Of a DNA stretch of 64,000 nucleotides, positions 38,597-47,231 are shown piece after piece (the stretch's first letter is position 1; every line of letters starts with the position of its first letter). Origin of the DNA: Patescibacteria group bacterium. Lineage in GTDB: Bacteria > Patescibacteriota > Patescibacteriia > UBA11705 > JABHMO01. The notes beneath the pieces were generated by a model. That model saw only the letters and a program-made list of their open reading frames with translations, was not told the origin of the DNA and searched no databases. The position numbers were made by a program, and so were the translations under genes. Where the stretch lies: positions 7,563 through 71,562 of the forward strand of contig JAHIRY010000017.1 in assembly GCA_018818405.1 (NCBI GenBank), given 5' to 3'.

Positions 38597-39862
38597 CTAG
38601 GCGTCGTCACCGTCCTCGGAGTACCGACCCCGCCGCTGCCACCCGCCCTGGCGCTGGGGCGAGCCGCGGCCGAGCCGCTCGGATCCGCGGATACGAGCCC
38701 GGAGCCCCTCGGCCTTCTGGCGCGCCGCCTCTCGCCGCTTGCGATCCTCTTCTCGCTGGACGAACCAGCGCGCGAAGAGAATCGCCTGGACGGCGTTGAA
38801 GGGGGTGAGAACGGAATCACAGTGGATGTCCTGAAGGAGCTTGAAATCCTCCTTCATCACCACCGCGTACGTCGCCTCGTCCCCACTCAGACGCTTCACG
38901 ACGATCGCCTGCCTGGAGAACGGGATGACCCGTCTCGTCCCCTCCGCCGCACCCGCGAGGTAATTGGGGTCTAGCACCTGCTTTACCCACAACCACCAGT
39001 CGCCGGGCGACTCGATGTTTGCGGACTTGACCCGGGTCTCGTAGACCCGGAGGTAGGGGGGAAAGACGCTCTCGAGCGCCGACTTGCTCGGCGCATCGAT
39101 CTCGCCGGCGGCCGGCTTGAGATCGAGCGGGTCGAGCTTCGCGAGTGCCTCGAGGCTCACCCAAGACTGCTCCCAGTCGACCGTCTTGAGGACGGCCAGC
39201 CGTTCGAAGCGCGCCTCCTCCTCCTTGCGGAGGCGGAGGATGCACTCGGTGAGAGCCTCGGGCCTGACCGTGGTGCGCCGCTCCTCGGAGAGGAGCCGGG
39301 CGACCATGGTCGCGTTCGCAGAGCTGAAGAAGCGATCCTTCCCCTCGAACCACACGACGCGAACGTCGTTCGGCTCGAGGTTCATCGGCTCGTCCTCCTC
39401 GGTCGACAGGTAGTCGACGAGGTGGCCGTCCTCGGGCAGGCTGACGGACACATCGAGGCCGAAGCGCTCGATGTAGTGGGGCAGGCTGGAGATGAGGATC
39501 GGGGAGTTGTCCCCGGCGGGGGCGGGCTGGACGGTCTCGGTCTCGGCGGGGTGGGAAACGATGTCGGCGGTCGGGGACTCGGTGGTGGTCGGGATCTCGG
39601 TGGCGGGCTTGGGGGACAGCATGGTAGCCTCCTCGGACTTGTTGGTGTTCTGCTTCTGCTTGCGGATCTCTTCAGCGGCCTTCCGCCTTTCGGCGGCGGC
39701 CGCTTCATTCTTCACCTGCTCGGCACGGCGTGCGGTCTTTCGAACCGCCTGCCGCTCCAGAGCTTCGGCCTTCTTCTGCGCCTTGGCGGCGACAGAAGGG
39801 TCTGGCTTCTTGTCCTTCTTCTTGTTGTCCTTGTTGTTGCCTTCTTCCTTCTTGCGTCCCAT
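38597..39862 (-). CDS. GC-rich hypothetical protein (421 aa)
   Basis: Longest ORF in the GC-rich block; third codon positions nearly all G/C; SD AAGGAG; consensus promoter and terminator. Confidence 0.8.
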   Translation of the reverse strand: MGRKKEEGNNKDNKKKDKKPDPSVAAKAQKKAEALERQAVRKTARRAEQVKNEAAAAERRKAAEEIRKQKQNTNKSEEATMLSPKPATEIPTTTESPTADIVSHPAETETVQPAPAGDNSPILISSLPHYIERFGLDVSVSLPEDGHLVDYLSTEEDEPMNLEPNDVRVVWFEGKDRFFSSANATMVARLLSEERRTTVRPEALTECILRLRKEEEARFERLAVLKTVDWEQSWVSLEALAKLDPLDLKPAAGEIDAPSKSALESVFPPYLRVYETRVKSANIESPGDWWLWVKQVLDPNYLAGAAEGTRRVIPFSRQAIVVKRLSGDEATYAVVMKEDFKLLQDIHCDSVLTPFNAVQAILFARWFVQREEDRKRREAARQKAEGLRARIRGSERLGRGSPQRQGGWQRRGRYSEDGDDA

Positions 39863-40030
39863 TCTGTACTCCTTATATATGTTTTGAAAACTGTTGACGT
39901 TGTGACACTGCTGCTGCCTATAAATAACACTTGATCCTCGAAACTTTTAATTTCAGATATATTACTTCTTGACCAATCGATACAGGCAGTAGTTGTGTCA
40001 CAACGAGATGAAATGAACGATTAACTGATT

Positions 40031-40059
40031 ATTATAGCAAAAATCGGCAATTTTGTCAA
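40031..40059 (-). promoter_or_regulatory. Consensus sigma70 promoter of the GC-rich gene
   Basis: TTGACA-N17-TATAAT with extended -10 TG on the minus strand. Confidence 0.8.
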
Positions 40060-40255
40060 CCCACATAAAATCAAAACAACAATATTACGCAATTTTAGCC
40101 AATTAAAATCGTTAATACGGAACAACACTATTTGAATAGGGAAACTCGCGTTCTTTACTATTCAACTCGATTTTTATATAATAAATTCACAGAAACTTAT
40201 CATTATAATAATAAAATCAACAATCGACTTAATAGTCATTATTTTAGCTAATTTT

Positions 40256-41797
40256 ATGGAAAACTTGAATTTAACCAATGTTCGCGTGAGAATAGCGCCC
40301 AGTCCGACCGGATTTGTGCATATCGGCAATCTGAGAACCATTTTGTACAATTATCTGTTCGCAAAGCATTATAAAGGAAAATTCATCATCAGAATCGAAG
40401 ACACTGACCAGAGCCGATTCGTGCCCGGAGCGCTGGAAAATCTGCTCGGAGTTTTGCAGTGGGCGGGCTTTGAAAACGATGAAGGACCTTTTATTACTCC
40501 GGAAAACACATTGGGAGAAAAAGGAGAATTCGGTCCGTATATTCAGTCGGCTCGCCTCAAAATCTACCACGATTACATTCAACAATTGCTCGACAAAAAC
40601 AAAGCCTACTGCTGTTTCTGTCCGAAAGAACGGCTGGAAAAATTAAGAGCAGATCAAGTCGCAAACAAAAAAGCGCCGAAATATGATAACTTTTGCCGTA
40701 ACCTCTCGCGCGAAGAAGTTCAGTCAATGCTCGCCGGCGGAACTCCGCATGTCATCCGATTCAAAATGCCGGAAAACAAGGAAATCATTGTAAAAGACAT
40801 TATTCGCGGAAATATCATTGTCAATTCAAAAGATCTCGACGATTATGTTCTGATGAAGGCGGACGGATTTCCCACATATCATTTCGCCAGCATTGTTGAC
40901 GATCATCTGATGAAAATAACGCATGTCATGCGCGGAGAAGAATGGATCGCCAGCGCGCCGAAACATGTTTTGCTATATGAAGCGTTCAATTGGCAGCCGC
41001 CGCTCTTCGCGCATTTGCCGCAACTTCTCAGCAAATCAAAGAAAAAATTAAGCAAACGAGACGGCGATGCATCAGTCCAAGATTTCATTGAAAAAGGTTA
41101 TCTGAAAAAAGCTTTGCTGAATTTCATCGCACTGCTAGGCTGGAACTCCGGCACTGAACAGGAAATTTATTCCATGGATGAAATGATAAAACAATTCACG
41201 CTGGACAATGTACACAAAGCGGGCGCGGTTTTTGACATTGACAAGCTGGATTGGATCAACGGCGTTTACATCAGAGAATTGTCAATCGATGAATTTTACA
41301 ATGAATGCCTGCCATATCTGGTGAATTCCGATTTGCTTTCAATATCCGGCGAAAAACTGGTGATCAATGAAACAGGGGAGCGAGTGAAGCCCGGATTTGT
41401 CAAAGACATTCTGTCCCTCGAACAAACGCGAATAAAACGGCTGAATGAAATTCCGGAAGCAATCGGTTATTTTTTCCGTCATGAACTTGATTATCAGCCG
41501 GAAGCATTGATCTGGAAAAAATCAGACAGAGAACAAACAATTGAAAATTTGCAAAATTTGATAAAATTACTGAAAAAAATAAAACTTCATGAATTTACAA
41601 AAGAAAATTTGGAAAAACTGATTTTCGAATTCCTCGAGAATAAAAGCATTGATACGGGAAGTATGCTCTGGCCGATGCGATTCGCTCTTTCCGGACAAGC
41701 AAAATCGCCGGGACCGTTTGAAATCGCGGACGCCCTCGGCAGAAAGAAAACCATTGAAAGAATCGAGAGCGCGATCGCCAAACTTCAAAATCAATAA
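40256..41797 (+). CDS. gltX: Glutamate-tRNA ligase
   Basis: RIAPSPTG..HIGN, RIEDTD, GPY.QS.R, THVMRGEEW, KLSKR. Confidence 0.98.
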   Translation: MENLNLTNVRVRIAPSPTGFVHIGNLRTILYNYLFAKHYKGKFIIRIEDTDQSRFVPGALENLLGVLQWAGFENDEGPFITPENTLGEKGEFGPYIQSARLKIYHDYIQQLLDKNKAYCCFCPKERLEKLRADQVANKKAPKYDNFCRNLSREEVQSMLAGGTPHVIRFKMPENKEIIVKDIIRGNIIVNSKDLDDYVLMKADGFPTYHFASIVDDHLMKITHVMRGEEWIASAPKHVLLYEAFNWQPPLFAHLPQLLSKSKKKLSKRDGDASVQDFIEKGYLKKALLNFIALLGWNSGTEQEIYSMDEMIKQFTLDNVHKAGAVFDIDKLDWINGVYIRELSIDEFYNECLPYLVNSDLLSISGEKLVINETGERVKPGFVKDILSLEQTRIKRLNEIPEAIGYFFRHELDYQPEALIWKKSDREQTIENLQNLIKLLKKIKLHEFTKENLEKLIFEFLENKSIDTGSMLWPMRFALSGQAKSPGPFEIADALGRKKTIERIESAIAKLQNQ

Positions 41798-41867
41798 AAC
41801 AAAAACCGAAAACATAAACGCTTGACTTGCCCGCATGCGCATTAAATTGCTATAATATAGTTGAGCT

Positions 41868-43082
41868 ATGAAAAAACAAACAAAAATAAAATTTGGCATT
41901 ATTTTAATATCGCTTTTATTTTGTTTTATTTTGCCGAATATCAATATTGTACGAGGACAGGAAGTGGATGAATTAAACAAAGAAATTGACGCAAAAAAGA
42001 AAGATGTTGACGCAATAAAACAAAAAATCGCGACTTACCAGAAAAGCATTCAACAAAAACAGAATGAAGCCGCATCACTTTCAAATCAGTTGTCAATTCT
42101 GGAAAATCAAATCGCCAAGGCGGAGCTGGATATCAAAGCGACTTCCATTGAAATAGAACAAACCCAGCTGGAAACGCGCAACATGGAAATAAAAATTGTT
42201 GAAAAGGAAGACAAAATAGAAAAGAAAAAAGATGATCTGTCTGATCTGCTCCAAGAATTGCATCGCGCTGATCAGGAGAATACTTTGCGGATTTTTCTGC
42301 TGAATAATTCTTTTTCCGATTATTTCAACCAATTGGAATATACAAAAGATATTCAAAACGGCGTCCAAGGCGCGTTGAACATCGTGAAAGATGAAAAACA
42401 AGTATTGGTGGATGAAAAAAAAGCGCTTGAAACCAAGCAGGAAAAATTAGCTTCTCTAAAAGAAGAACTTGATATAAAACGATCCGAACTGGACGGTGAA
42501 GTGGATTATAAAAGCACTCTCATAGATGAAACGAAAAAATCAGAAGCAAAATACAATGAACTGTATTTGAAAGCAAAACAAGAACAGAGCGCCATCAGCG
42601 CGGAAATTTCCAATCTGGAAAAAGTAATGAGAGCGAAGCTGGAAAGCATGAAGTCAAGCCAACCGCAGTTGACCGACAGCACTCTGGCTTGGCCGGTTCC
42701 AAACAGGGGAATCACAGCGTTTTTTCATGATCCTGATTATCCGTTTCGCTATCTATTCGAACATCCGGCCATTGATGTCAGATGCGCGCAAGGAAGCAGT
42801 ATAAAAGCGCCGGCAGACGGATATGTTTTGAAAGCAATGGACAATGGAATGGGCTATAGTTATATTGCGTTAATTCATGCGAATGGAATTTCAACGGTTT
42901 ACGGCCATGTCAGCAGAATTTATGTAAGCGAGGATGAATTTGTAAAACGCGGAGATGTGATCGGTCTGAGCGGGGGAATGCCGGGAACGCCCGGAGCGGG
43001 AAGATTGTGCACCGGTCCGCATTTGCATTTTGAAGTTCGTCTGAACGGCATTCCTGTAAATCCGGTAAATTATTTGCCGTAA
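41868..43082 (+). CDS. M23 peptidase with N-terminal coiled coil (EnvC/CwlO-like)
   Basis: Signal peptide, long coiled coil, HPAID, T.YGH, TGPHLHFEVR. Confidence 0.92.
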   Translation: MKKQTKIKFGIILISLLFCFILPNINIVRGQEVDELNKEIDAKKKDVDAIKQKIATYQKSIQQKQNEAASLSNQLSILENQIAKAELDIKATSIEIEQTQLETRNMEIKIVEKEDKIEKKKDDLSDLLQELHRADQENTLRIFLLNNSFSDYFNQLEYTKDIQNGVQGALNIVKDEKQVLVDEKKALETKQEKLASLKEELDIKRSELDGEVDYKSTLIDETKKSEAKYNELYLKAKQEQSAISAEISNLEKVMRAKLESMKSSQPQLTDSTLAWPVPNRGITAFFHDPDYPFRYLFEHPAIDVRCAQGSSIKAPADGYVLKAMDNGMGYSYIALIHANGISTVYGHVSRIYVSEDEFVKRGDVIGLSGGMPGTPGAGRLCTGPHLHFEVRLNGIPVNPVNYLP

Positions 43083-43140
43083 ATTCAAAATTTATAATAA
43101 TTAAATAAGCTGATAAGGCTTATTTAATTTTCGAAAAATT

Positions 43141-43521
43141 ATGAATGGACATGAAGAGTTGGTAAATTTGATGTTCGAACGAGTTTGCGCTATTTTGAAA
43201 ATCAGTGATGTAAAATTCAAAATAATGAACCGCCAAAAAAGCAAAAGCAATCAATCGTATGTCGCCGGATATATAAATCTCAGAACAAGATTGATTGTGC
43301 TGGATATTTACACGCCAAAAACATTAAAACCGAAAAGTTTGAACGGTTTGATTCGCGTATTGGCGCATGAAATAGCGCATATTCAAAAACCGCCTTATCA
43401 ACAGTTCCATCGCGGCCGCTGGATCGTCAGACAGCATTATCCGGCGTTTTATCAACAAACGGAGCGTAATATCAACAAAATAAAAAAAGATAACATTCTG
43501 GGCGTTCATTTCAAAAGTTAA
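43141..43521 (+). CDS. Small HExxH metallopeptidase-like protein (SprT/WLM-like)
   Basis: VLAHEIAH...HYPAFY. Confidence 0.7.
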   Translation: MNGHEELVNLMFERVCAILKISDVKFKIMNRQKSKSNQSYVAGYINLRTRLIVLDIYTPKTLKPKSLNGLIRVLAHEIAHIQKPPYQQFHRGRWIVRQHYPAFYQQTERNINKIKKDNILGVHFKS

Positions 43522-43620
43522 TTTACTTCCTTTGAACAGGGGTAATTATTTCTTATGTGGATAATTAAGAAAGTTTGTTAAATAATTTGTCTTTGTCTAT
43601 TTTTGTTATATAATTAAGAT

Positions 43621-43803
43621 ATGACATACAATAAGCAACCAAATAAAAAAGTAGCAAAAGTTCCATCGCTGGGCGGATCAGTTTTAGATGCTGACGATTT
43701 TATAAAAAGCGTAAGGGAAATAAGAGCAATAATGATGAAAAACGATAAAAACGATGAAGAAATTTTTAAAAATAGATTTCAGATAGAAACAAGTGCCAGC
43801 TAA
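43621..43803 (+). CDS. Small protein, putative antitoxin
   Basis: 60 aa, overlaps the GTG start of the downstream PIN gene. Confidence 0.5.
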   Translation: MTYNKQPNKKVAKVPSLGGSVLDADDFIKSVREIRAIMMKNDKNDEEIFKNRFQIETSAS

Positions 43804-44330
43804 CTACTCAACAAACAAGCATATATTGGTAGACACCTGCTTTTTAAGCGGTTTTTTTTTATAATCCAAATCCTTTTGAGGGGTTAATACACAGGTTATT
43901 AAAAGAAGAACATTGTATCTGGTGTATTAATGACCTTATCAAACTGGAATTTATTAGAGTTGCGAAAAATTCAGAAGAAAAAGAGAAAATAGAAAATTTT
44001 TTAGGACCATCAAATTTTTTTGATTTACCTTTAACCGCAGATATTATTAACGAATCCATAATGCTATATCCTTTACTTAACCACTTACCACTTAATAAAA
44101 ATCAAATATCAGTAGTTGATATAATCAGCGTGGCATATCTAAAAAAATTTAATAACAATTTATTATTTTTAACATTAGACAATAACGATTATCCTTTACT
44201 AGACAGAGTAGCGGTCGGTGCAATAGATCTGAAAGGCGACAGCTTAAAAGATAAAGGAATATTAACTTGGGGAATGTATCAATTTAATGAAGCAAAAATT
44301 AATGGCCTGCAAAACAATTTTAATCAATAG
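43793..44330 (+). pseudogene. PIN-domain (VapC-like) gene frameshifted in a T9 tract
   Basis: GTG-PANYSTNKHILVDTCFLSG then a stop after T9 (43852-43860). Removing one T joins an open frame ...IKLEF...ISVVD...LTLDNNDY, giving 178 aa. Confidence 0.75.
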
Positions 44331-44347
44331 TGTATTAGGCAGGGGAG

Positions 44348-44380
44348 AAGCGGTATAAATCAAGCATTACCGCTTTTTTT
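44348..44380 (+). terminator. Intrinsic terminator
   Basis: AAGCGGTA...TACCGC followed by a T-tract. Confidence 0.7.
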
Positions 44381-44993
44381 ATTTATGTGACCCAACGCTC
44401 GGGCGGGAAGGCGAGTGGAAACAAAATTAAATTGAATTTATAGAATTGAAAATATATAGTGTCGCACATTATATCTTATACGACATTAGGCTAAAAATCC
44501 GCCGGAATCCGCATTTTCATGAGTATTATCATTCATGAGATATATGCCTCGATTACAGCGCGATTTTGAGCCTCGTTTTTTATCTAAACTTAGATAATAT
44601 ATGACAATGTTATCTGTGAAATTAGATAAAAATGCATACAAAAACTTTACAAACTTTTTATGATTTTTTTGTATTTTTACATTGTAAAATTTAAAATTAA
44701 TTTTAAACGCAACTTCGCACTCATTTCCCTATTATCATTTTATTCTTCACCAATTGTTCATTTCTCGCGCGCTTCCCTTCTGCAATGTTGCCACTTCACC
44801 AAGTGTCGTAAAATATACACAGCGGTGTGGAAAAGAATAGCGGTGCAAACAAAATAAATTTTGAAATAAAAAAAACCGCTTGATCATCTTTCTGACCAAA
44901 CGAATAAATTTTCACTTCACATCCCAATTACCCGATTTGAACCTCATCCCCTGCCCTTCCAACAAATACAAGCAAGCCAATCATTCTTCCTCG

Positions 44994-45821
44994 TCATTTA
45001 TAATAAATTCTCTCGCCGAAACGAAGGTCAATGTATTTCAATTTGCTCAGTTCTTCTTTCATTTCCGGCTGATTGAGCAGAGCGTCCAGCCGCAGAGCTT
45101 GTTCGTCGAAATTCAGATTGGAATTGAAATAAATTGAAAATCCGTCGTCTGTTTTCAATTCCAGCGAATTGTCCGTTTTCTCATATGCCAGCGGAGTGAA
45201 TTTATCAATCGCGATCATTTGAACTTGAAAATTCAGTTTTATCAGATTGTCCAGCTCTTCCCCGCTGACCGACGCCGGCTCGCCGATTTTCAGCTCTTTG
45301 TTCTTCATGTCCCTTATCGTCAAAAACGCATTGTTGTCCTCGCAATATTCGATCGCCACGCCCGTCAAATCCAGATGATAGCAGAGATCATTTGACAGCC
45401 AATTGATGGCAGATTCTTTTTCCTTCAATTCAATCATAATTTTATCGGGAAACTTTTTTTTGATCGCCAACTCCTCGAACCAATATTTTTCAATGATTTT
45501 GTTTTTCAAATCATTCGGCTTGAAAAGCCAATAATTATTGCGCGAAAAAATAATCATTTTTCTCTGACTGCGATAACTGTCAATTATTTTATCAATGTTT
45601 TCTTTTTTGATTTTTTGCAAACCGTTAATTTCAATATTTTTTATTTGAAAATATTGCGACATGAAAATGAAATAAATTATGCCGCCGATCAAAATAAAAA
45701 CAAACGCCAGCAAAACTTTTAAAATTCTGCTGTGACGGATTTCCTGTTCTTTTTGAAGCCTTGGATTGCGAAAATCAAGGTTTTTGAAATCTTTTTGATA
45801 TTTGGCGCTTATTTTTGACAT
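44994..45821 (-). CDS. ftsQ: Cell division protein FtsQ/DivIB
   Basis: Single TM, POTRA (F.IKNIEI.G...KKFP..I.I...E), C-terminal YIDLRF..RIYY. Confidence 0.88.
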   Translation of the reverse strand: MSKISAKYQKDFKNLDFRNPRLQKEQEIRHSRILKVLLAFVFILIGGIIYFIFMSQYFQIKNIEINGLQKIKKENIDKIIDSYRSQRKMIIFSRNNYWLFKPNDLKNKIIEKYWFEELAIKKKFPDKIMIELKEKESAINWLSNDLCYHLDLTGVAIEYCEDNNAFLTIRDMKNKELKIGEPASVSGEELDNLIKLNFQVQMIAIDKFTPLAYEKTDNSLELKTDDGFSIYFNSNLNFDEQALRLDALLNQPEMKEELSKLKYIDLRFGERIYYK

Positions 45822-45900
45822 ATTGTCTCTATTATTACCTCGCAGGTGACGGAATATAGAAATTAGAATGCTTGCGGTGACTTAACTTATTTATTTACAA

Positions 45901-45958
45901 GCCGGCGCAAAATTTTGCGCCGATACATTTCGTCTCGGCGGATGCAATCCGCCGCTAC
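45901..45958 (-). repeat. Pair of REP-like palindromes
   Basis: Minus strand GTAG-CGGCGGATTGCATCCGCCG and GTAT-CGGCGCAAAATTTTGCGCCG. Confidence 0.55.
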
Positions 45959-45987
45959 ATTACCTGCTTTCTTGCTTATCTCGCTTT

Positions 45988-47124
45988 CTATCTTACAAAC
46001 CGCTTTACCAACGGATTTATTCTTGTCACAACTTCATAATTGATTGTATTCATTTTTCCGGCTAGTTCTTCCGCTGTTATTTCTTCGTTTTCCTGTCTGC
46101 CGAGAAGAACAACTTCATCTTCCAGCTCAACTTCAGCCAAATGCGTCACATCTACAATTGTCATGTTCATGCAAATTCTTCCCAAAACTTTGCAGCGCTT
46201 TCCGCGGATCAGAACATTTCCAACACTGGAAAGTCCTCGGTCATACCCGTCCCAATATCCGATCGGCAAAATCGCGATTTTCGAATCAATAAAAACTTTT
46301 TCCGTGCAACCGTAGCTCACCGGAGTTCCGGCCGGCAAATTTTTTATTTGCGCGATGCGCGTTTTCCAAGTTAAAATCGGATTCAATTTCATTTCAATGT
46401 TTTTTTCCGTTGCAGTCACTTTTGTTTCTTTTGACGACCACAGACCGTACATGCTTATTCCCACTCGAACAAGATCAAAATGAGTTTCAGAAAATAAAAC
46501 CGCGGCCGCACTGCACGCAGTATGTTTTACAAAATTTTCAAAACCGTTTTCTTTCAAATGAGCGACCGCTTCTTTATATCTTTTCAATTGATTTTCCGCA
46601 TACGAATGATCAGTCGTATCTTCAATATTGGCAAAATGAGTGGACACTCCGGCCAATTCAAGCAAAGAAGATTGCCTGAAAATTTCCACATACTTGTCCA
46701 AGTCGTGAACAAAAATTCCCTGTCGCGAAGTTCCGGTTTCAATCTTCAAATGAACAAACGCTTTTTTTTGCAATCGCGCGGAAATTTTTCCCAAGTCCCT
46801 CAAGGTTTCCAAATTGGCGACAACTTGATGAAATCCGTTTTCAACCGTTTGTTCCAATCTCGACAGCAAAGTGTAGCCGAGAATTAAAATCGGTTTCTCG
46901 CTCCCCCGCTCTCTCAATTTCAATGCCTCGTCAATCGAATCAACCGCAAACAAATCAACATATTTTTCCGCGACCGAACAAACTTCGCAAAATCCATGGC
47001 CGTAAGCGTTTGATTTCACTGTTGCCGCTAATTTCACCGTCTCCCCTATTCTGTTTCTAAATTGCAGCAAATTATCAATCAAATTTTGCTCGGAAATCTC
47101 AACCCAAACTTTTTCATTTATCAT
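45988..47124 (-). CDS. alr: Alanine racemase
   Basis: VKSNAYGHG, HLKIETG.SR.G, THFA, VR.GI.MYG, VSYG, G.ICMN, YE. ATG 47124. Confidence 0.97.
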   Translation of the reverse strand: MINEKVWVEISEQNLIDNLLQFRNRIGETVKLAATVKSNAYGHGFCEVCSVAEKYVDLFAVDSIDEALKLRERGSEKPILILGYTLLSRLEQTVENGFHQVVANLETLRDLGKISARLQKKAFVHLKIETGTSRQGIFVHDLDKYVEIFRQSSLLELAGVSTHFANIEDTTDHSYAENQLKRYKEAVAHLKENGFENFVKHTACSAAAVLFSETHFDLVRVGISMYGLWSSKETKVTATEKNIEMKLNPILTWKTRIAQIKNLPAGTPVSYGCTEKVFIDSKIAILPIGYWDGYDRGLSSVGNVLIRGKRCKVLGRICMNMTIVDVTHLAEVELEDEVVLLGRQENEEITAEELAGKMNTINYEVVTRINPLVKRFVR

Positions 47125-47192
47125 AAATATAATTTTCCTTTTATCCTGCGAATATGAATCAATTTTACAATAAATCAAAACATTGAGCAAAA

Positions 47193-47224
47193 AAAACAAA
47201 CGGCTGATTCGCGCCGTTTGTTTT
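47193..47224 (-). terminator. serS terminator
   Basis: AAAACAAACGGC...GCCGTTTGTTTT. Confidence 0.7.
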
Positions 47225-47231
47225 AAAAGTT

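Noticed and set aside
38566-39934. Many overlapping ORFs in the GC-rich block
   Set aside because: Expected from stop-codon scarcity at high GC; only 39862-38597 has an SD, promoter and third-position GC bias.
43556-43564. Perfect DnaA box (TGTGGATAA) as a sign of oriC
   Set aside because: Single box, no cluster, and no dnaA/dnaN nearby.
44660-44990. Short ORFs or a known ncRNA in the gap
   Set aside because: No coding signals, and no tmRNA, RNase P, SRP or riboswitch motif recognised.
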